Shown in pieces: positions 14,474-20,722 of a stretch of 35,472 nucleotides of DNA. The translations under genes were made by a program, and so were the position numbers. Positions within the stretch are counted from its first letter, which is position 1. Every line of letters starts with the position of its first letter. The notes beneath the pieces were generated by a model. That model was not told the origin of the DNA, did no database searches, and worked only from the letters and a program-made list of their open reading frames with translations. The stretch is from a virus. Its lineage: Duplodnaviria > Heunggongvirae > Uroviricota > Caudoviricetes. The stretch spans positions 1-35,472 of the IMG/VR virus record IMGVR_UViG_3300023181_000027, one strand, 5' to 3'.

Positions 14474-14505
14474 CAAATATACAGAATAATAATGAATAAG
14501 TCAAA
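14474..14505 (-). promoter_or_regulatory. Bacteroidota sigma70-type promoter
   Basis: TTTG-20 nt-TATATTTG, 3 nt before the HNH ATG. Confidence 0.75.
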
Positions 14506-14510
14506 TTTAG

Positions 14511-14582
14511 AGCGCCTTCGTGGATTCGAACCACATATCCTTACCGTTGCAGGGTAATAACTTACCATCCGTCCCAAGGCGC
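14511..14582 (-). tRNA. tRNA-Cys(GCA)
   Basis: TTACC-CT-GCA-AC-GGTAA, U73. Confidence 0.88.
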
Positions 14583-14588
14583 TTATTG

Positions 14589-14670
14589 AGCAACTAAAAG
14601 GATTTGAACCCCTACTCCGTGAGGAACACGATTGCACTCGTGCGCGTCTGCTCTGTTCCGCCATAGTTGC
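14589..14670 (-). tRNA. atypical class II tRNA with non-7-nt anticodon loop (GTGCAA)
   Basis: GCAACTA/TAGTTGC, Leu/Ser-type D-arm, CACGA/TCGTG stem with 6-nt loop, variable arm TCC/GGA. Confidence 0.65.
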
Positions 14671-14685
14671 TTGTAAAAGGTGGAA

Positions 14686-14910
14686 TCACACCACCTTAAT
14701 GTCTTTGTATTCTTCTTTGTCGAATTGTTGTGCATGCTCATTATATAAAGCTTCAATCCATTGACCGTGTTGTTTAAACTTAATTGTTACAAACCCTGGT
14801 AATATAACGTGAGTTACAATACCTCTATAATGACAAGAAACATCATCTCTACCACTACATTTGATTTTTGGCTGTACCAATTTCATTTTTACTTTTTGAT
14901 TAATTGTCAT
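14686..14910 (-). CDS. hypothetical protein
   Basis: Likely start MTINQ. Confidence 0.55.
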   Translation of the reverse strand: MTINQKVKMKLVQPKIKCSGRDDVSCHYRGIVTHVILPGFVTIKFKQHGQWIEALYNEHAQQFDKEEYKDIKVV

Positions 14911-15250
14911 TGTCTTCGAATTCCTCAATCATTTGTTTTATTTGTGCTTCACTTTCTATTAAAGCCTCACGTGTCTCAATTCCATTTGTCGTAAACACAT
15001 TGATAGTGATACAACCTCTAAACTGTAGGCTACCTTGAGTGTGCTCATTGTCTGGTGTCTCTTTAGTCGAAAAGCCAACTGTACTATTCACGTGGTTTAC
15101 ATAATAGGTTTTACCTTTATGTTTAATCACCCACATTGGAATACTCTTATCCTTGAGGTGCGCTTTGTTAAAGTGAAATACTATACGATCTTCTTTAATC
15201 GTACATAATTCTGTTGTCATCATTGTCATCATTGTCATATTCATTTCCAT
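14900..15250 (-). CDS. hypothetical phage protein
   Basis: FHFNK.H...WVIKH.GKTYYV.HV...FSTKETPDN.HT.GS; Met-rich N-terminus. Confidence 0.7.
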   Translation of the reverse strand: MEMNMTMMTMMTTELCTIKEDRIVFHFNKAHLKDKSIPMWVIKHKGKTYYVNHVNSTVGFSTKETPDNEHTQGSLQFRGCITINVFTTNGIETREALIESEAQIKQMIEEFEDNDN

Positions 15251-15254
15251 TTTG

Positions 15255-15327
15255 CGGGGCTGTAGAGGTTCGAACTCTAGTTCACGGTGTTAGAGACCGC
15301 TGCCTTAACCAATTAGACGACAGCCCC
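15255..15327 (-). tRNA. amber suppressor tRNA (anticodon CTA)
   Basis: Perfect GGGGCTG/CAGCCCC, G73, GCGGT-CT-CTA-AC-ACCGT, TAGAG-TTCGAAC-CTCTA. Confidence 0.9.
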
Positions 15328-15406
15328 AAGTTAGCCGTTGGGCATTATTTACAAGTAGACACGGCTAAACATCTACACCCTGTAAACCTCGGGAGAAAGG
15401 AAACTC

Positions 15407-15718
15407 TTATCGCTCAACTGAGAACTCATATCTTGCACCGTAGGTTTCGCTATAACCTGGTTTGTCATAATATACAGTCCAACCTTCTTTACGGTAAATA
15501 GGCTCAAAGTCAAGCATGTGTTGATCAAATATAGTTTGTCTTGGTATTGTTGACACTTTCATAAAAGCCTCTAACAATTCATCCTGTTTAATAGTAACGG
15601 TATTTCCACCATTAAAACGCTTAGTCAGGAAATCATTTACCACTTGAATCATTTCTGGTGGTATTACATTGATTTTATTTGCCAGTGCATCAGCTGGACT
15701 TATTGGTTTTACTTCCAT
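15407..15718 (-). CDS. hypothetical phage protein
   Basis: Start moved to MEVKPISP; ends GW.V.YDKPGY.E.Y. Confidence 0.7.
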   Translation of the reverse strand: MEVKPISPADALANKINVIPPEMIQVVNDFLTKRFNGGNTVTIKQDELLEAFMKVSTIPRQTIFDQHMLDFEPIYRKEGWTVYYDKPGYSETYGARYEFSVER

Positions 15719-15736
15719 GTTATTGATTATTAACAG

Positions 15737-15843
15737 TGGACCCAAGAGGAATCGAACCTCTGATTCTAGTTGTTAGTCTTGAGGGAAAGGGGCTACCCAA
15801 TATATCGAAGACATCTAGCGTGCTACCTCTACACTATAGGTCC
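15737..15843 (-). ncRNA. tRNA-like RNA H with about 45-nt insertion in the anticodon arm
   Basis: GGACCTA/TGGGTCC plus A73, D-arm GTGT/GCAC, CTAG/CTAG stem extended by GTCTT/AAGAC, T-arm AGAGG-TTCGATT-CCTCT. Confidence 0.68.
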
Positions 15844-15910
15844 TATTGCGTGTATAGCAAAGATTTGCGCTACACTTAATCCTCTCACAATTCTCTTCGA
15901 GAGGCACTTG

Positions 15911-15980
15911 TGGACACAGTCGGAATCGAACCGAATCATTCTCATTGCAAAAGAGACGCCCTGCCTTCGGGATCAGGCCC
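15911..15980 (-). tRNA. tRNA-Ala(TGC), weakly paired
   Basis: G3-U70, A73, TCTC(T)-TT-TGC-AA-(T)GAGA. Confidence 0.75.
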
Positions 15981-15987
15981 ATTTATG

Positions 15988-16075
15988 TGGGGAACAGTGG
16001 AATCGAACCACCATAGCCAATCTGGCGCCGAGTAACACCCCAGTGGAAATCACCAATTCTTTCCTTTGATACCCC
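15988..16075 (-). ncRNA. tRNA-like RNA I without a recognisable anticodon loop
   Basis: GGGGTAT/GTTCCCC plus A73, 5-bp D-stem GGAAA/TTTCC, T-arm GGTGG-TTCGATT-CCACT. Confidence 0.58.
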
Positions 16076-16163
16076 ATTTAATTCTCAAAATGCTACTGCC
16101 ATCGTGGTCCTATGTTCACGGCTTAAGAGTAAAGTACATCTCACTGTCACCCAGAGAATTATA

Positions 16164-16544
16164 TTAAACAAAGTACTTATGCTCAAACTCATTGCCAAGT
16201 ACTGTACGCTCATCACCATTACCTCTAATATCTTGTATTACAAAAGCAAAGGTATTCACCCAAGCTGCACTGTCATAGTGGGCGGGGCAGGAGCATGAGG
16301 CGTAATTTCTCCACTCACTAAGTGAAATATCTTTAGCTATCAATAGAAACTGATTATAGTACCTAATATTCACTCTGAAACAGGAGTCAGGATTAAGATT
16401 ATCAACTTCGACCACAAATATCCAACCCAGATACTCAAGTATCTTACGTGTACGCATTAGATTAACTATTATTTCTTCCTCTTTCTTTCCTAAGTCATCT
16501 ACACCGATGAAATCAGCTACTATTTTACTATTCTTCTTATTCAT
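16164..16544 (-). CDS. hypothetical protein
   Basis: ORF only. Confidence 0.6.
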   Translation of the reverse strand: MNKKNSKIVADFIGVDDLGKKEEEIIVNLMRTRKILEYLGWIFVVEVDNLNPDSCFRVNIRYYNQFLLIAKDISLSEWRNYASCSCPAHYDSAAWVNTFAFVIQDIRGNGDERTVLGNEFEHKYFV

Positions 16545-16731
16545 TAAATCCTTGATATTTTATATGCGTGAGTTTCTCACTAAGAACTTCATACTCTTCT
16601 CTTGTCATAAAGGTTTTTCCATTATCGTTATAATGATCAACCCAACATTGATATTGGTCATCTCTTACTAGCTTTCTATACTCCTCTTCAGGAAGGTTTT
16701 CAGAGTTGACGTAATACTTTAATACAAACAT
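16537..16731 (-). CDS. hypothetical protein
   Basis: ORF only. Confidence 0.6.
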   Translation of the reverse strand: MFVLKYYVNSENLPEEEYRKLVRDDQYQCWVDHYNDNGKTFMTREEYEVLSEKLTHIKYQGFNE

Positions 16732-16733
16732 AG

Positions 16734-16806
16734 CAGTGTATACGGGAGTCGAACCCGCTCCGTGCGCGCTGACAACGCGACATCTTAACCATTTGACCTA
16801 TACACT
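16734..16806 (-). tRNA. tRNA-Asp(GTC)
   Basis: CGCG-TT-GTC-AG-CGCG, G73. Confidence 0.9.
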
Positions 16807-16882
16807 ATATTAAACCCACTACCTTTTGTGATACATTTTCGATTGCTTCGTTATTTTATGTATTCTAAGTGGGTTTGTGTTA

Positions 16883-16890
16883 CAAAGATA
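16883..16890 (-). promoter_or_regulatory. Bacteroidota-type -7 promoter box
   Basis: TATCTTTG in an AT-rich intergenic region upstream of tRNA-Asp. Confidence 0.6.
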
Positions 16891-16917
16891 ACATTTTTAT
16901 ATTAGTAATACTAATTA

Positions 16918-17376
16918 TTACACAAATACTTCTTCTGCTGTTGCAACAGTCTGTAAATCAACCTCATGTATTTTACAAAGTACATCATACACATTCCGCA
17001 AACCTTTTAATCCTTTAGGATCAGCCGCTCTTAATGCGTCCATAGAAGCTATTGGCGCCTCCTCATTTTCTTCTGGTCTGCCTGGATAGTTCTCGAAAGC
17101 GTGTTCAATTAGTACTATTTCATCCATGGTGTAACCAGTGTTAGCGACTTGTAGTTGACCTTCAAGTATTTTGATTTGAGAACAATAACTTTTATTATTG
17201 GTTATATGCGCCCTCATAGCCACCCACCAACTTGTACTTTCAAGGTTAGGTGCACATTTATAATTAACTAGATTACCAACAGCACACGCGCAACTAGAAC
17301 TGTGCTTTAATTTACCTTCTTCGTAGGCTTCTACTAATCTACTTACTGTTCTTTCAAACAATTCTTCATTTTTCAT
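16918..17376 (-). CDS. hypothetical phage protein
   Basis: 152-aa ORF, CACAVGNL motif. Confidence 0.7.
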   Translation of the reverse strand: MKNEELFERTVSRLVEAYEEGKLKHSSSCACAVGNLVNYKCAPNLESTSWWVAMRAHITNNKSYCSQIKILEGQLQVANTGYTMDEIVLIEHAFENYPGRPEENEEAPIASMDALRAADPKGLKGLRNVYDVLCKIHEVDLQTVATAEEVFV

Positions 17377-17386
17377 GTTTCAACTT

Positions 17387-17881
17387 TTAAACTGTTACTC
17401 GATCAACAATACTCTTTAAGTCTTGCTCCTCCCAGTGGATACTCTTTAGCACCTTCTTATCAGCTTCTCTCTTAATCAACCAAAGGTTCTCACCAGTGAT
17501 CTGACTCTTAATTGGTGACTGCTCAATATAGGTGGGTACACCAATCTTAGTGTAGCTCTCTTGCGTGAGTCTAGCACTCTCAATAGTATCGCACGCTTTC
17601 TGCATGTTACTTGCATGCACTGCTTCAAATGCTTCTTGTGCAATTCCTTGCATACCGAATGCTAATATTGCGCCTTCCAGAACATAACGTATGTCTGTGA
17701 AAGCATCTAACACAGCAACAAGATCTCCTTGTTCAACTGCTTCCGCCAATTCTTTGACTTCTTCTTCTAGAAGAGATACTCTTAATGCTGCGATCTTAGA
17801 TGAAGGCATTTCTACTTTAGCTTTCACTTCCTGACCAAATAAGGTCATAAACTCTTCTACTTGCTTTATTTGTTTTTCCAT
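17387..17881 (-). CDS. NTP pyrophosphohydrolase (PRA-PH/MazG-like superfamily)
   Basis: V.EF...F....LR..LL.EE..EL.EA...DA..DI.YV...VH.SNM.K; start set at MEKQI. Confidence 0.85.
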   Translation of the reverse strand: MEKQIKQVEEFMTLFGQEVKAKVEMPSSKIAALRVSLLEEEVKELAEAVEQGDLVAVLDAFTDIRYVLEGAILAFGMQGIAQEAFEAVHASNMQKACDTIESARLTQESYTKIGVPTYIEQSPIKSQITGENLWLIKREADKKVLKSIHWEEQDLKSIVDRVTV

Positions 17882-17882
17882 A

Positions 17883-18584
17883 TTATTGATAACCAGGAGC
17901 CATTCTCCCATCACTCACTCTGTTAACTAGTGAACCAATTGGTTCACTCACCTCACTCTTTAAAAGTTCATCGACATTCTTCACTGCCACCTTACTTAAT
18001 TCTTGCACTTCAGCATCATTATTACTCGCCCTCCTCAACAGCTTATAAGCTAAAACTGCATCCTTAATCTGCCTCACACAATCCGCCTCAGCATCATGAA
18101 GATCTTTTCCCGCTGGAGCTAATTTAAACTCTTTAGGGAAGAGAAGTTTGGCAAGATCAGTTAGAGTACGGCAACAACGTTTAGCTCGGTAGAAGAACGG
18201 AAATACCTCTTGTTCGAACAATGCTTCTACAGCTAATTTATCGAATGCTGTATCCCAGATCCTATACTCTTTAAAAGTTTGCTCAACCTGAACAATATAA
18301 TCTAAAAGTAGTTTTCTAAATTCAGCTAACATTGTAACACCGCTCCATGTTGTAAGTCTAACCTTTGGGTCTTGCTTAGACCACCAATCTAGTGTATCTT
18401 TATCAACATGATAACCAAGTGCTATCTGCTCTCCAGCATTTAGCTGACATCGAAAAGTAAATTCCTTTTTCTCCTCACTTGTTAACTCTTTACCGTTTAT
18501 ATGAAACGGTACTATAGCGACATCAAGTACTACCACACCTGGTTTTTTACCAATGGTCTCAATATCTAACATTAAATCTATCAT
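17883..18584 (-). CDS. DEDDh 3'-5' exonuclease (Rv2179c/ExoVIII-like)
   Basis: LMLDIET...WW.KQ...RTL...H.A..DC..Q. Confidence 0.82.
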   Translation of the reverse strand: MIDLMLDIETIGKKPGVVVLDVAIVPFHINGKELTSEEKKEFTFRCQLNAGEQIALGYHVDKDTLDWWSKQDPKVRLTTWSGVTMLAEFRKLLLDYIVQVEQTFKEYRIWDTAFDKLAVEALFEQEVFPFFYRAKRCCRTLTDLAKLLFPKEFKLAPAGKDLHDAEADCVRQIKDAVLAYKLLRRASNNDAEVQELSKVAVKNVDELLKSEVSEPIGSLVNRVSDGRMAPGYQ

Positions 18585-18907
18585 ACTCTTTCTGTCTTTT
18601 GCTTTAAGATTCCAATGGCCTCTCTTAATGTTTCGTGCATACCTCTAACCGGAGCAAACCGCTTGGAAGAACACCATCTTACATCGTTAATTACTTCATA
18701 ACAACTACCACAATCACAAGTCACAAAGCTTGTACTGGGATCACGAATACCAACATCAACCAACTGATGTCCACATTTACATGGCATACTGTTCTGTATG
18801 TGATAATCTTTATTCAACACCAATGGTGGCAACTCCAGTTTCTTTGTATGTGACATTGGGCCTACGTTTATACACACCACCCATTCTCCAACTTTCAATT
18901 CGCTCAT
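18581..18907 (-). CDS. hypothetical Cys-rich protein
   Basis: CKCG and CDCG motifs. Confidence 0.6.
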   Translation of the reverse strand: MSELKVGEWVVCINVGPMSHTKKLELPPLVLNKDYHIQNSMPCKCGHQLVDVGIRDPSTSFVTCDCGSCYEVINDVRWCSSKRFAPVRGMHETLREAIGILKQKTERV

Positions 18908-19119
18908 CTTACTATCTCGTCTGTTATTAATTCAATATTCTTCACTTTTAACTTCTCCTTCACTCTTAAAGAGTTGTCTTCATCCAATATAGATTGAGTG
19001 GCTTGCTTATGCTCCCAGAAAGCTTCAGCTTTTGTTATTGCTTCTGTCCAGCTTTCAGCTAACACATGAGTGACCTCACTATATTTACTTCCAAAACTTA
19101 CACCATACAACTTCTCCAT
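18904..19119 (-). CDS. hypothetical protein
   Basis: Start moved to MEKLY (upstream extension is tRNA-Cys). Confidence 0.6.
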   Translation of the reverse strand: MEKLYGVSFGSKYSEVTHVLAESWTEAITKAEAFWEHKQATQSILDEDNSLRVKEKLKVKNIELITDEIVR

Positions 19120-19121
19120 AG

Positions 19122-19192
19122 AGGCGGTAGTCAGATTCGAACTGACGTACACAGTTTTGCAGACCGCGACCTGACCACTCGGTTATACCGCC
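19122..19192 (-). tRNA. tRNA-Cys(GCA), second copy
   Basis: GCGGT-CT-GCA-AA-ACTGT, U73. Confidence 0.92.
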
Positions 19193-19198
19193 TTATTT

Positions 19199-19495
19199 TT
19201 ACCCTTCGGTTTTAAATGAAGAATGGGTTGTTACTAGATATCTAATCGCCGATAGAACACTCTCATGCATACCTTCTGCGTCTTTATCGTTAGTAAAACC
19301 CACCATTTTAAACTCAGCATTCCTATCAAAGAATGCTGCACTACCATTATTAATTACAATGTTGAAGCCTTTAGCTTGTAAACAGTCGATGAACTCATGT
19401 GTTCTATTCCAGTCGATTTCTGGACTCTCACATTCTTTACCGTACCACCAAGCATTGATATCATCAACCATCTTTTGCTTTTTCTTCCGCTTCAT
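19199..19495 (-). CDS. hypothetical protein
   Basis: ORF only. Confidence 0.6.
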   Translation of the reverse strand: MKRKKKQKMVDDINAWWYGKECESPEIDWNRTHEFIDCLQAKGFNIVINNGSAAFFDRNAEFKMVGFTNDKDAEGMHESVLSAIRYLVTTHSSFKTEG

Positions 19496-19511
19496 CTATT
19501 TAAAAGTTTAG

Positions 19512-19582
19512 ATACCCCACCAGGACTCGAACCTGATTTATCTCCGTCAAAGGGAGATGTAATACCCATATACCATAGGGCA
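19512..19582 (-). tRNA. tRNA-Gln(TTG)
   Basis: U1-A72, TCTCC-CT-TTG-AC-GGAGA. Confidence 0.9.
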
Positions 19583-19592
19583 GTGTAGGTGA

Positions 19593-20036
19593 TTATTCGT
19601 CACCTAATAGTTTCTTTTCGATTGCTAACCAATCTGGATAATCCATACCACCAAACAACATCTGTTCACCTTTAAAGTAGGGCCAAGGTATATCATCAAT
19701 TAAGATATCGCCAATACATTTACTTTTATCAGGTGAGAATATTGTTCTGTTAAGTTGGTCTTCACCAAGCCATTTTACCACCCAGTCTGCCTTTTCTGTA
19801 TAACAGAGTCTGTTTAGAATTGAAGGACGTGTTAAGATCCACATTTCATAGCGTGCATCCTCTCTTAATAGATTAAACACTCTAATAGCGTTGGGGAGAG
19901 GTTGTAAATCACGGAAGAAGTTGTGTTGTGATTGAGGCCATTGAATGCCTGGACACGCAATGATATCTCTTGCTGCTGCTCCAAAGAAGTCACATAAGGT
20001 ATCATCCATATCAACATATATTAACTTCTTCCTCAT
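19593..20036 (-). CDS. HAD 5'(3')-deoxyribonucleotidase
   Basis: IYVDMDDTL.DF, ILIDD; start set at MRKKL. Confidence 0.88.
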   Translation of the reverse strand: MRKKLIYVDMDDTLCDFFGAAARDIIACPGIQWPQSQHNFFRDLQPLPNAIRVFNLLREDARYEMWILTRPSILNRLCYTEKADWVVKWLGEDQLNRTIFSPDKSKCIGDILIDDIPWPYFKGEQMLFGGMDYPDWLAIEKKLLGDE

Positions 20037-20137
20037 TTCTTGACCCATAAATGATACGCTGACCATATCATCATTAACAATCCTATACCAATACATACGC
20101 CACTTACAACACCAGCTACTACTACGCTCATAATCAT
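20033..20137 (-). CDS. small membrane protein (34 aa)
   Basis: MIMSVVVAGVVSGVCIGIGLLMMIWSAYHLWVKK, ATGA-coupled. Confidence 0.5.
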   Translation of the reverse strand: MIMSVVVAGVVSGVCIGIGLLMMIWSAYHLWVKK

Positions 20138-20152
20138 TTACATTTTAAGTTA

Positions 20153-20299
20153 TTAACTTGTGGGATCCTTTTCTTTGTTCTTTTGGCGATCCTCTTCTTC
20201 CTTTTTATATCGTTGTTCTAAACGATCATTCCAATGCTTAATGTCTGCTGCGACACAGAGACTAAGTGCCAATAAGGCAACTATTACGAATGTAAGCAT
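20153..20299 (-). CDS. small membrane-anchored protein
   Basis: MLTFVIVALLALSLCVAA...; upstream extension is tRNA-Tyr. Confidence 0.55.
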   Translation of the reverse strand: MLTFVIVALLALSLCVAADIKHWNDRLEQRYKKEEEDRQKNKEKDPTS

Positions 20300-20316
20300 A
20301 ATCAATATTAAATTAG

Positions 20317-20398
20317 TGGGCCTAGTAGGACTCGAACCTACGAACCTGTTAGGGAGGGGATTTACAGTCCCCAGCAATTGCCGCTATGCGATAGACCC
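20317..20398 (-). tRNA. tRNA-Tyr(GTA)
   Basis: GGGGA-CT-GTA-AA-TCCCC, long variable arm. Confidence 0.93.
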
Positions 20399-20412
20399 GT
20401 ATTGTTGTCTTG

Positions 20413-20444
20413 CAAATATAATAAAATTATACAAGCAAGACAAC
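20413..20444 (-). promoter_or_regulatory. Bacteroidota-type promoter at the head of the tRNA region
   Basis: GTTG-20 nt-TATATTTG upstream of tRNA-Tyr. Confidence 0.65.
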
Positions 20445-20449
20445 TTATT

Positions 20450-20722
20450 TTACTTTTTATTGATGTGAGCTTTGAATTGCTGACTGAAGGTGTCACCCTT
20501 CATTACTTTTCTCCGCATCTTACGTGGCATTCTCTTAAAGAACTCACTGACCTTCATTTGGTCTAATGCTGGATCACCATACTTTGCTTGCTGCTCTTTA
20601 TGGAATTCTTCCATTAAAGCAACAAATTCTGGATCCTCATCTGCTTTTCTATTTTGTTCTTGTTGTTCTGGAGTAAGATTGCTTAGTAGCTCCTCCAAGT
20701 TTACTTCGTTATTCATAATCAC
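20450..20722 (-). CDS. hypothetical protein
   Basis: ORF only. Confidence 0.6.
   Translation of the reverse strand: MIMNNEVNLEELLSNLTPEQQEQNRKADEDPEFVALMEEFHKEQQAKYGDPALDQMKVSEFFKRMPRKMRRKVMKGDTFSQQFKAHINKK

Noticed and set aside
14467-14664. ORF MAEQSRRARVQ...
   Set aside because: It is a translation of two tRNA genes and a promoter. ORFs 4771-4968, 4874-5074 and 15770-16069 are likewise antisense to tRNA-like elements.
15200-15255. Theta/HDV-like ribozyme 3' of the suppressor tRNA
   Set aside because: The tRNA is followed almost immediately by a start codon, and no nested double pseudoknot was seen at any tRNA 3' end.
15331-15386. Pistol ribozyme (TTAG/CTAA pseudoknot, TAAATA linker)
   Set aside because: The conserved GCG after the pseudoknot and the P3/GU cleavage-site arrangement are missing. 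It is kept only as an unassigned pseudoknot.
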